From an uncultured virus (IMG/VR IMGVR_UViG_3300017956_000004) (taxonomy: Duplodnaviria; Heunggongvirae; Uroviricota; Caudoviricetes), in the IMG/VR virus record IMGVR_UViG_3300017956_000004: a stretch of DNA of 55,589 bases, one strand, 5' to 3'. The position numbers and the translations under genes are program-made. The notes beneath the pieces were generated by a model. It did no database searches. It was not told the DNA's origin and was given only the letters and a program-made list of their open reading frames with translations. Positions 20,831 through 30,800 of this stretch are shown one piece after another (positions within the stretch are counted from its first letter, which is position 1; each line of letters opens with the position of its first letter).

Positions 20831-21443
20831 AATACAACATACCCTTTTGTTCAAACACTGGCATGGTGGTTAAGTCTGGATAATTTTTCCAACTCCAGGT
20901 GGGCCACTCCACACGACTAACAACTGGTAGTTTATCTATACCCAGTTGTGCTGTCTCTGGTGTCATGTAATAATGATATCCCTGAGTGTCTATTTGTTGA
21001 TCGCCCCACCAACCATCTGCTGTTAAATCACGGCCATCATAGCTCATCTTTTTGAGTGTGTCATAATCACTCTGTTTATTACATAATATAGCACCACCAC
21101 GTCCTAAACCCAGTGGCTTTTTAAACTGAAAACTCAAACACATCAGTGTGTCAGGCACATAACCATCCTGAGCAAAATGCACGGCACCGTCTATGATACG
21201 AGTATTTCCTATGTGGTAATAGTTTTCCCATTCTGAATGGGTAAAATCCCATGCTAAATTTAGTTTGGTGAACGTCATGGGTACTGATATATAGGTGTGT
21301 TTGGGCACTGTTACAAATTCTGGCTGTACCATACGTAAACATAACTCTATGGCATGGGTACAACAATCCACCGCTACTGCATAGGGTGCACCATAAAAGT
21401 CTGCTATTAGTGATTCGAACTTATTAACCGTCTGAAAACTCAT
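20823..21443 (-). CDS. Short DegT/DnrJ/EryC1/StrS PLP aminotransferase
   Basis: 'YAVAVDCCTHAIELCL', 'IIDGA', PLP-lysine motif 'SFQFKK..LGRGGAI'; start MSFQT at 21443. Confidence 0.8.
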   Translation of the reverse strand: MSFQTVNKFESLIADFYGAPYAVAVDCCTHAIELCLRMVQPEFVTVPKHTYISVPMTFTKLNLAWDFTHSEWENYYHIGNTRIIDGAVHFAQDGYVPDTLMCLSFQFKKPLGLGRGGAILCNKQSDYDTLKKMSYDGRDLTADGWWGDQQIDTQGYHYYMTPETAQLGIDKLPVVSRVEWPTWSWKNYPDLTTMPVFEQKGMLYYV

Positions 21444-21462
21444 TTGTGTATGTCCTGTTTGA

Positions 21463-21482
21463 ATAAATACTCGAGTATTTAT
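21463..21482. promoter_or_regulatory. Perfect 20-bp palindrome containing two overlapping, oppositely oriented late promoter boxes
   Basis: ATAAATACTCGAGTATTTAT lies between divergent starts at 21443 (-) and 21498 (+). It gives AATAAATA on + (21462-21469) and TATAAATA on - (21476-21483). Confidence 0.75.
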
Positions 21483-21497
21483 AAAGGCACACCACAC

Positions 21498-22661
21498 ATG
21501 ACCCATAATATTCGAATAATTAACGGCTGGGACCTAATGGGACACAGTGCGAAGTTTTTGTTTAATACAATTTCAGAAACCGCACGGCAATATCCTGACC
21601 ACCGTATAGTGTTTTGTGCACCACAGGAGCATGACCATCCACTTAATCACATGCTGGATGAGCCTGATTCTGCTCAGGTGCAGCAGTTAAAGCAAAAAAT
21701 ATCTGATATTATTCAGCCACAGGGTTGTACACTAGAGTGGATTTCAGGTGCAGTGGGCACTGTTACGGACTGGCGTAGTGAATATTCTGATGTTTATCTG
21801 GATTTGTTTCCACAACCAGAACAAGTTTTACAAAATCAGACACATTTATATGACGCCACACACTGGTGGAGCAGTTATTGGTTTTATCAGAGCTTTAGAA
21901 TGTTTGCTGGCGGTGCTGACATCAGAAATTATCCTGTTAACAGTGGTGCACACAGTCAGGATTATCTGTTTGTGTGCCGTAATAGTCGTGGCCATAACCA
22001 CAGAGCCAGTCTGGTGGACCACTTACATCTGCACAATCTGTTGGAGTCCAATCTGGTGAGTTGGCTGGACACTGACAATGTGAACAGATCATATGAATTC
22101 CGCCACTGGACACCCACACTGAAAACGCTCGCAGAAAGCTCAGACACGCCCGATCACATGTTTTCTAACAGTGTCCCGGTGTTTTATAACCGTTGCTTAC
22201 TGGATGTGGTTACAGAGAGTTGTATTTGGGCACCATATTTTACTGAAAAAACTGCCAGACCCATCATGCATGAAAAGCCTTTCATTATATTGGGTCCACC
22301 AGGTATTAACCAGTTACTGCACACAGAGTTTGGTTTTGAATTATACACAGAAATATTTGATTATGGTTTTGATAATCTGATGGATTATGTGAGCAGAGCA
22401 CAATGCATCGCAGAACAATTAAAACAATTACAGATAAATTCACAATTGTGGCAACATTTACATCAGATTACCCGGGATAAAGCCAGACGTAATTTAATCA
22501 GATTATGTGACATTGTGATAAATTCAGAAAATACTCCACAAATTGTGACTGATATACAGAATTGTTCAGCACAACAACCAGATAGTAATATACACTGGCA
22601 TGCGGACATACCAGAAGCACAGAAAATAGCATTAATTATTCGAGGACAACTGCGTGAGTAA
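21498..22661 (+). CDS. GT-B/GT10-like glycosyltransferase paralogue 5
   Basis: 'LFVCRN..HNHR', 'LLDVVTES', 'FTEKTARP....KPF', 'GFELYTEIFDYGFD'; start MTHNI at 21498. Confidence 0.55.
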   Translation: MTHNIRIINGWDLMGHSAKFLFNTISETARQYPDHRIVFCAPQEHDHPLNHMLDEPDSAQVQQLKQKISDIIQPQGCTLEWISGAVGTVTDWRSEYSDVYLDLFPQPEQVLQNQTHLYDATHWWSSYWFYQSFRMFAGGADIRNYPVNSGAHSQDYLFVCRNSRGHNHRASLVDHLHLHNLLESNLVSWLDTDNVNRSYEFRHWTPTLKTLAESSDTPDHMFSNSVPVFYNRCLLDVVTESCIWAPYFTEKTARPIMHEKPFIILGPPGINQLLHTEFGFELYTEIFDYGFDNLMDYVSRAQCIAEQLKQLQINSQLWQHLHQITRDKARRNLIRLCDIVINSENTPQIVTDIQNCSAQQPDSNIHWHADIPEAQKIALIIRGQLRE

Positions 22662-23952
22662 ATCTTTTAAACGAAACTGGGCGTTAATAAATTTGTGGGG
22701 AGATGTGATCAGTGATCAAACACGTGATAAAGTATGGCATAATTTCTGGTTAACCATAAAGGATAATCACAACACAGACATATTATACTTTGCCGCACAG
22801 GAAAGCACTCACTGTCTGGAAATAATATATTCAGGCTGGAAGGATTCAGTGTATCAGGCCTGGGAGGATGGCCCATTGCCAGATGAAATGATGATTAGTC
22901 TTGCACAGGACTGGTTTCTGAATAAAATTAAAAAAACACTGGATCAGAATAACAATCGATTGTATTGCATAGTGGGTCGCTCAGTGGATTTTAGAAAACC
23001 AGAAATCTGTCACCCAGCCCAGAGTCACAGTGTAAGATATGACAATATGAACTGGAACGACAGAATATTTACTGAAATAGTTCATTGGGACACATACTGG
23101 TTAGCCAGACACACAGCCAGGTATGCTGAGCATTTTATGTATCCTATTATGTATTACGGCCGTGCAGGAGAACCTGTAAAACATTTGTTTGTGTGTAAAA
23201 ATGGTAAAAAACATCCGCACAGATTTTATTTTATGAATCTGTTGGCAAAATACGATTTAATTGATCACAATGTGGTAACCTGGAACGGACCCAAATATGC
23301 AGATCCTGATAACCATTGGACCGAATCTGATTATGAAAGGCAGACTGGCGAATACTGGACTGAACAAATACTAGCACTACCGGAGTATGATGCCAATGAT
23401 ATATTACAAACTGATGATATCATACAGTATGACAGTAATTTCACTCACACAGAACCCGAAGGATATTTCCAAGCACTACTGGATGTGGTAACAGAGAGCA
23501 GTGTGGCTGAGATATTCATTACTGAAAAAACTCTGAAGCCTTTACTCACAGAAAAACCTTTTGTGTGCATTGCAGCACAAGGACATCATAGAGCCCTGAA
23601 AAACATGGGTTTCGAATTATACACAGATGTTTTTGATTACAGTTTTGATCAGATGCCCAATTGGGAAAGCAGATGTGAAGCAGTGGCCACACAATTATAT
23701 TATTTAAATCAGAATCTGACCACACGCAATGATCGCAAATTGATTTGGCAACAGACTCGTGAACGTGCCAGACGTAATTTAATCAGATTATGTGAAATAC
23801 TCAAGGACAGGCGTGGTTTCCCAGTGGAAATAATAAACCGCTACCTGTTATGCTGTAAAGATGAGAATGACGCTGTGTATCGTGCAAACCAGATGAGCCT
23901 TGACGCTGCAGATCAAGCCGCTCAGATTCTTGATCGTATCAGACAAAGTTAA
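22654..23952 (+). CDS. GT-B/GT10-like glycosyltransferase paralogue 6
   Basis: 'LFVCKN..HPHR', 'LLDVVTES', 'ITEKTLKP....KPF', 'GFELYTDVFDYSFD'. Confidence 0.55.
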   Translation: MSKSFKRNWALINLWGDVISDQTRDKVWHNFWLTIKDNHNTDILYFAAQESTHCLEIIYSGWKDSVYQAWEDGPLPDEMMISLAQDWFLNKIKKTLDQNNNRLYCIVGRSVDFRKPEICHPAQSHSVRYDNMNWNDRIFTEIVHWDTYWLARHTARYAEHFMYPIMYYGRAGEPVKHLFVCKNGKKHPHRFYFMNLLAKYDLIDHNVVTWNGPKYADPDNHWTESDYERQTGEYWTEQILALPEYDANDILQTDDIIQYDSNFTHTEPEGYFQALLDVVTESSVAEIFITEKTLKPLLTEKPFVCIAAQGHHRALKNMGFELYTDVFDYSFDQMPNWESRCEAVATQLYYLNQNLTTRNDRKLIWQQTRERARRNLIRLCEILKDRRGFPVEIINRYLLCCKDENDAVYRANQMSLDAADQAAQILDRIRQS

Positions 23953-23980
23953 AATAAATATTAGCTATTAGGGATCACAT

Positions 23981-24937
23981 GTGAATTTATTACAATTATC
24001 CAAAGAAAGTCTGCTGCAGAACTGTGATTTTCAGATTACTGGCCAAACTGTTAATTGGTTTAGTACTGATAAACCGGAGTTTTATCAGGAAAATATCAAA
24101 AATAACCTGGTGCCTGAGCAATATCAGGATGTCACTATAGAATATACATTTAATACTCAGGGTTATCGCACAGCAGAACTGGACACATTCCGTGAAAAAG
24201 AATTTATTATTGCATTTGGTTGCAGTTACACCCAGGGTGTGGGTTTACATCAATCAGAAATATGGTGTGAACAACTGGCAAAACTGATGAATACCCAGTG
24301 TATGAACCTGGCGCTGGAAGGAACTGGTGTGAGCACCACACTGTATCAGACAGTTAATTATTTAAATTCAGGATTACCCTTACCCAGTGCTGTGTTTATA
24401 CAACACAGTCACAAAGAACGTCGTACACTGGCATGGAATTTAGCATACAGCCTGGGCCACCAGGATGAACATGGTAACGATGTAACTGACTTCGGTATAA
24501 TGCTAAAAAATTATGAGCCAGAATATCCTGCTGATGATGGTGTTCGGGAAATACTGGTGGAAGATGATTATCAATCTGGTAAACACATCGATGCTATCAC
24601 ATACATGTGGAACGGTGTGGGTGTACCAGTGTTACACTGGACATACAATATGGACTGCGAAACCAACATGAGTAATAATCGCATATTGGTGTTACCACGT
24701 GAACATTTATTACCAGGTGATTGGGTACACGACATTGCCAGAGACTGCACACACAATGGTCCAGTGGATAATATTAATGTGAGTAAAAACCTACATATTA
24801 TGTATGAGTATTTACAAAGCCAAGGCCGCCTGTGTATATCTGACTGGGAGGAAATACCCAGACAGTTAACAGCAGAAGAACAAGCTCAGAGAAAAATAAT
24901 TGAGCAGAGAAACAGAACTAATATATTATATAATTAA
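23981..24937 (+). CDS. SGNH/GDSL-like paralogue 3
   Basis: 'YTFNTQGYR', 'AFGCSYTQGVG', 'NLALEG', 'ARDCTH'; preceded by AATAAATA at 23953-23960. Confidence 0.55.
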   Translation: MNLLQLSKESLLQNCDFQITGQTVNWFSTDKPEFYQENIKNNLVPEQYQDVTIEYTFNTQGYRTAELDTFREKEFIIAFGCSYTQGVGLHQSEIWCEQLAKLMNTQCMNLALEGTGVSTTLYQTVNYLNSGLPLPSAVFIQHSHKERRTLAWNLAYSLGHQDEHGNDVTDFGIMLKNYEPEYPADDGVREILVEDDYQSGKHIDAITYMWNGVGVPVLHWTYNMDCETNMSNNRILVLPREHLLPGDWVHDIARDCTHNGPVDNINVSKNLHIMYEYLQSQGRLCISDWEEIPRQLTAEEQAQRKIIEQRNRTNILYN

Positions 24938-24958
24938 TCTATATTAACAGGAGTGAAT

Positions 24959-25132
24959 ATGTCAGACGACAATAAACAACAAACACATGAAGGTTCTAAC
25001 GGCACAGACCGTAAAGGACCCAGTGGCACCAACGTTAACCCTGAAGAGAAGGGTGCAAAGATCAGTGAAGAAGAACTGCTCAAGCAGAGAATAGAAGAAT
25101 TACGCAAGCGGGATCCATTTATATACAGATAA
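24959..25132 (+). CDS. Small protein (57 aa) ending in ...LRKRDPFIYR; not in the ORF track
   Basis: SD CAGGAG, ATG at 24959, TAA at 25130-25132 overlapping the next ATG. Confidence 0.65.
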   Translation: MSDDNKQQTHEGSNGTDRKGPSGTNVNPEEKGAKISEEELLKQRIEELRKRDPFIYR

Positions 25133-25344
25133 TGAGTATAATAAGCCCTTGCATAGACAGATGTGACACCAATGGTGTTAATTGTACCAGTTGTGGACGT
25201 ACACATGACGAGGTACAGGAATGGTTTTACGCCGACGATGAACGCAAACAACAGATAATGTCAGTGTGCGTCACCAGATTAGATCCGGCGGCTCGTGATT
25301 ACTGGGAAGAACAATACGAGTATAAAGTACAGGACACACAATGA
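25132..25344 (+). CDS. DUF1289-like small Cys-rich protein
   Basis: 'SPCIDRC....CTSCGRT..E...W' pattern. Confidence 0.75.
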   Translation: MSIISPCIDRCDTNGVNCTSCGRTHDEVQEWFYADDERKQQIMSVCVTRLDPAARDYWEEQYEYKVQDTQ

Positions 25345-26831
25345 GAGTATTAGGTATTAGCAGTATGTTCCACGATGCAGCTGCCAGTGTTGTGGAAGAT
25401 GGAAAAATACTGTTTGCGGCTCACGCAGAGCGTTACAGCAAGCAGAAAAATGATCCGTTTATCAATAAACAATTAATAGATGCCGCACTGGAGTATGGTA
25501 AACCAGACGTTATAGTATTACATGAGAAAGACTGGTTAAAACGTTTGCGTAATATCAAAGCCGGCAACTGGAGTAGTTTACGGGAACCCAGTCAGCGTAA
25601 ATGGATACGTGACTTTTATCCAGAATTATCAGGTATTCCTGTGGTGGCTCCCTATTTACATCACCAAACACATGCCGCCGCTGGTGTATTAACCAGTAAT
25701 TATACACATGCAGCTGTGATGGTTATAGATGCCATAGGTGAATTTAACACTGCCACCATATGGGAATGGAGTTCGGGTAAATTAATTAAACGTGATAGTG
25801 TTAATTTCCCCAACAGTTTGGGTTTATTTTATTCGGCCGTTACAGCACATTGTGGTTTAAAACCCATGGAGGATGAATATATCTTAATGGGCATGGCAGC
25901 ATATGGTGATCCCACTGTGGCCGCAGAAATACGTAAACACATGATACAGGATTTCTTTGTGGACGGATACAGTTTACGCATGCGAAAGAATTTACAGCGT
26001 GGATTACCCACAGGATACGAAAAATTCAATCACTTTGACATGGCATTAGCCGCACAACTGATATGTGAAGAACGAATATACCATTATGCAGAGCTAGCAC
26101 GTAAATTATGTCGTAGTAAAAACCTGGTATACATGGGTGGTGTTGCACTTAATTGTGTGGCTAATGGTAAATTATTCAAAATATTTAATGATATTCACAT
26201 AATGCCCAACCCAGGTGATGCTGGTAGTGCACTGGGTGCCGCGGCATTATATTATTATGATAAGACCGGTGAGCGTGTGAGCTGGCCAGGTGCGTATCTG
26301 GGTACTGAAATACCAGGAGCATATCCGGTTAAACGTGCATTACGGAGTGCACTGGCTGGAGAAATATTCGGCGTTGCCAATGGACGTGCTGAATATGGTC
26401 CACGTGCTCTGGGTAATCGCAGTTTAATGGCAGACCCACGTGGTGACCAGATTAAAGATCGCATGAACGAAATCAAAAAGCGACAAAAATTCAGACCGTT
26501 TGCACCTGTAATACTGGAAGAACATGTACACGACTATTTTGAGATGCCGCATGACTGTGTTTCACCATACATGCAGTTTGTGGCGGTGTGCAGATATCCA
26601 GAACAGTTTCCGGCCATTATACATCATGATGGTACCAGCAGAGTACAAACAGTTAATCGGGAACAAAATCCTGGATTATATGAATTATTAACTAAATTTT
26701 ATAAAAAAACTGGTTGCCCCATGTTGGTTAATACCAGTTTAAACATCAAAGGACAGCCCATAGTGGATGATGAAGCCGATGCTGCGGCATTTGCAGAACA
26801 TTATGGCGTAAAGGTACACACCAGTGACTGA
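25341..26831 (+). CDS. Carbamoyltransferase (NodU/CmcH/TobZ family)
   Basis: 'HDAAA', 'AERYS..KND', 'HHQTHAA', 'MGMAAYG', 'GGVALNCVAN', 'PGDAG', 'GPRALGNRS', 'FRPFAP', 'NTSLN'. Confidence 0.92.
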   Translation: MRVLGISSMFHDAAASVVEDGKILFAAHAERYSKQKNDPFINKQLIDAALEYGKPDVIVLHEKDWLKRLRNIKAGNWSSLREPSQRKWIRDFYPELSGIPVVAPYLHHQTHAAAGVLTSNYTHAAVMVIDAIGEFNTATIWEWSSGKLIKRDSVNFPNSLGLFYSAVTAHCGLKPMEDEYILMGMAAYGDPTVAAEIRKHMIQDFFVDGYSLRMRKNLQRGLPTGYEKFNHFDMALAAQLICEERIYHYAELARKLCRSKNLVYMGGVALNCVANGKLFKIFNDIHIMPNPGDAGSALGAAALYYYDKTGERVSWPGAYLGTEIPGAYPVKRALRSALAGEIFGVANGRAEYGPRALGNRSLMADPRGDQIKDRMNEIKKRQKFRPFAPVILEEHVHDYFEMPHDCVSPYMQFVAVCRYPEQFPAIIHHDGTSRVQTVNREQNPGLYELLTKFYKKTGCPMLVNTSLNIKGQPIVDDEADAAAFAEHYGVKVHTSD

Positions 26832-27081
26832 TAACATGGCCAGAGTACAAACCATACTGGAAGGCAAATGCCTGGAATGTGCAGAGCGTTTGCCATACCA
26901 CACCATCAGATGCCCACTTAATCCTGCAAAACAGATAAGCGAAGCAGTGGGCAGATTGCAGACTGAACTGGAAAGCAAATTACAACTGGTGAGGGAAACC
27001 ATAGAGAGTGGTAAAGCCACAGCAGACGAAATAATGGATTTAATAGAGCAAATTAAATTACAACATGAAAAAGCCAATTAA
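26824..27081 (+). CDS. Small protein with a CxxC-x6-HxxxCP motif and a coiled coil
   Basis: 'CLECAERLPYHTIRCP'; overlaps both neighbours. Confidence 0.5.
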   Translation: MTDNMARVQTILEGKCLECAERLPYHTIRCPLNPAKQISEAVGRLQTELESKLQLVRETIESGKATADEIMDLIEQIKLQHEKAN

Positions 27082-27868
27082 ATTTGCCGTATGCGGAGAC
27101 AGTTTTGCCGCACCAGTCACACTGGAGCCCATTGCAGGACATGTTTACCATGAAAATGCCCGTTATGTGGGCCAGCACTTTAGCGAAGTTATGGCATCAG
27201 AACTGGGTTGGGAACTGTTTCCACTGGCCAGAGGCGGTAGCAGTAATGGTGCTATCAGACTTCAGGTGGAAACTGCCATTGCCGAAGGTGCTGACTTTAT
27301 ATGGGTAACTGATACTGGTCATGAACGTATAGAATTTCGTGCTGATCGAGGTAAGGAATTCGACTGGCGTTTGGGTGTATATAACATAGACATGCGGATG
27401 CATGGTGATTTAAGCAGTTTAAATCCCAAATTCCATCATAATTTATTAAATTCAGAAACACTGAGTAATATGTTACCTGGCGCCCGTGAACCGGGCGATC
27501 AAAATCGTTTGGCACACCATCTGGGACCAGATAAAATAGACGCAATCTTACATTACTGGAAGCAACTGTATGACAGTCAGTATAAACACAGGCAGGACAG
27601 TTGGATATTAAGTGGCATGATCACAGAATTAAAACTATCGGGTATACCATTTTTGTATGTGGGCAATGAAGATATGTTTGAATATCCAGAAATGTCCAGA
27701 TTAATATCAGATAATGTTGTGGTGGGCGACCAATTACCCATATGGCCCAGAACATTTTCAGGACAAAATGATATAGGAAGCAGATTCCACACCGGCGTTC
27801 AGGAGCAAAGACAGATAGCCAGTGCAACAATTAAATATATTAAGAAGAAAGGACTGATTGATGTTTGA
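27065..27868 (+). CDS. SGNH/GDSL-like paralogue 4
   Basis: 'AVCGDSF', 'LARGGSSN', C-terminal 'FHTG'. Confidence 0.55.
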   Translation: MKKPIKFAVCGDSFAAPVTLEPIAGHVYHENARYVGQHFSEVMASELGWELFPLARGGSSNGAIRLQVETAIAEGADFIWVTDTGHERIEFRADRGKEFDWRLGVYNIDMRMHGDLSSLNPKFHHNLLNSETLSNMLPGAREPGDQNRLAHHLGPDKIDAILHYWKQLYDSQYKHRQDSWILSGMITELKLSGIPFLYVGNEDMFEYPEMSRLISDNVVVGDQLPIWPRTFSGQNDIGSRFHTGVQEQRQIASATIKYIKKKGLIDV

Positions 27869-30800
27869 TGTATTCTATATAGGACCCAATGACCGGCTCA
27901 CAGACCATGTTCCGTTTGCCAGACAGATATCTGATCCTGAAGATATCAGCACGAAAACCAAAATGTACTGGTTAATTGATGCAGACACACTGGTGACTGA
28001 TCCAGATGTATTAAACTACAGACCCGAAAAGCATGATGAGCGTTATACCCATGTGTGGAAACGTGGTGCTGACAGTTATGGTGGTGTCAGATTAATACCC
28101 CGAACAGACAGTGAGGGTATTAAACAGGTTAATCACATTGTGTGCCGCAAGAATTATGAAGTATTATTTCAATTAACACCAGGCGATTACTTTGAATCTA
28201 ATCCACATGCCAGTTATGTGTGGTGTATAGACCCAGAATATCAACTGGGCGAACACATAGACTGGGCACCGGGCGATCATGAGCCTGATTTTATTCACAG
28301 TTTTCACTTACCAGGACAATTAAGCCACAAATACCCTGACCAGGAGGGCGGAGTTAAACTGTATCCACGTGAATGGTCACAGGCTAAATTAAAATATCAT
28401 GGTGTTCTGAACGCAGGTAAACTGTATCCTGTGATGTTTGTATCAGATCCCGAACAATATTCACAGCGTGATGTGTATGACGATGATTATGTATGGTTAA
28501 TAGATAGGGAATATCAGATTGATCCAGCCAGTTTAAACTATGTGCCCAATCCATTCGAGTACAATGTGATACACTCGTTCAGAATGCCAAACCAATTACC
28601 AGAAAAAACCTGGAGTTTTACTCATTATGAGGAGGATGCAGAGCTGGGTGGTATCAGACTGGTACCCAGAGACTGGAAAGCCGCATATGATGTCATACAG
28701 GGCGGTGTATTAAAGCACAGACATTGTCCAGTGCGTGATGCCCGATACGATATATTCTTTACCAACAAAGGGTTTACTGATAAAACATTCGGTTATTTTG
28801 CTGAACGTGCAAAAACAGAATGGTTTTGGGTAGTGGATAGGGAATATGACTTTAATGGTGATTTAATTTATATTCCAGAATCACACGAAGCAGATTATAT
28901 ACATGCATTTAAATGGGGATTACCCAATAAATATCCTGCCGATATCACAGAATTATGGGATCGCAGAGCGGCTGGTATATATCTGGTTAATAAAAATTAT
29001 GATATTACCAGACAAAAGTTGCACACCGATATTAATCCAGTACATTATGATGTATTTTATGTATCAGATATGTCAGATTATCAGCAGTATGCCAGACTGA
29101 GCAGCACTGATGCCTTCTGGATGATAGATGCAGAGCACATCATGGACGCAGATTTCAGTTGGGTACCACCACTGAGCGAACAACGATACATAAATGTGTT
29201 TAAAGTACCAGGACAATTACTGGAAAAATACCCTGCAGGCGTAACAGACCCTGCTGACCCAGCCTGTGGCGGTGCTAAATTGGTACCAGTGGACTACAGC
29301 ACAGTGGCACAGGATATCAAGTACCAGGGTAATCTGGCGGCGCAACGTTATGCCAATTGGGATACCTTCAGCAGTTTAGAGGAGGGTGCCGCCAATACTG
29401 AAACAGACTGGTTTTGGGTGGTGGATCCGCATGTTGATGTGTTGCCAGACTTTAATTTTAACTTTGTGCCAGCAGAACATGATGCAGGTAAACTGCATGT
29501 GTGGCAGAAATTAAATCCAGTAACCAATCGTCAGTATGATTATGGCGGTGTTATATTGAGTCCGCGTACACCTCCCAAACGTGGCAGACCCAAATACATC
29601 ATGGAACCTGCCAGTGTACAACAACCTTATCCAGTATTAGAATTATCAGGCGACACAGACATCATCACTCAACTGGAAAACTTTGACGCACAATGCGAAA
29701 GCCAGATGTACTGGGTAACAGATCCGCATGTGCGTATCAGTGCAGACTTTAATTTCGATTATTATCCCAGTCAGTGGGACGAACATAATGTGCATGTGTT
29801 CCTGCAGGGCAGTTTAAATGGTGTACATCGTGGTGTCAGATTATATCCCAAACATACTTTTGAAACTGGCCACAGTTATACATCAGAGGATATACAGAAT
29901 AATAAATTCGAACAATTAAAATTAATTAACACAGTGGCCACAGAATCAGACGTCTGGCCGTTTGTGGAATTAACAGAAATGACTCGCGACACAGTGCTGT
30001 CTGCCATCACAGAAGCACGTGATGCTGGCGCTCCCTATGTGTGGACACTGGATACTGATGTGGTATTACTGAGTGATGTGGTTAACACCAGTTATCAGCC
30101 AGAGGTGCAGAACATTAACAAAGTGCATTTATGGCAACGCATGGCACCAGGCGGTGCTGATGTACACAGTTATGGTGGTTTACGCTTGTGGCCCACCAAT
30201 ATAGACCCTGACACTGTCACCACAGAAGCCATATTAACCAATAAATTAAAACAATTACAGTATGTGCGTGAGCCTGGCTGTACTTATGAGAGTTATGATT
30301 TAGCATTTATTACCTATCTGGATGATGATGCAGAAGCCAAATATCAGAAAATATGTGAGAAATTTCCAGACGCCAAGTGGATCCAGGACGTTCCAGGTAT
30401 ATTTGCCGCACACCAGGAGGCAGCTCGCCAGTGCAACAGCAAGATGTTCTGGGTAGTGGACGGTGATGCTGAGATTGCAGATAACTTCAGTTTCGATTAT
30501 ATACCCGACCAGTATGACCATGATGTGGTTCATGTGTGGAAGAGTATGAATCCCATCACTGGTGACGTATATGGATATGGTGGTGTTAAACTGTTTAACC
30601 GTGAACAAGTGCTGGAAGCAGACACCTGGGGATTGGACTTCACAACTGGATTAAGCAGCAGGTTTAAAGTGGTGGATGATGTGAGCTGTATCACCAGATT
30701 TAATACATCAGAGTATGCCACATGGCGTAGTGCATTCAGGGAATGTGTTAAACTGTGCCGTAATGATGATCCTGAATCAGATGCCAGACTGGATAATTGG

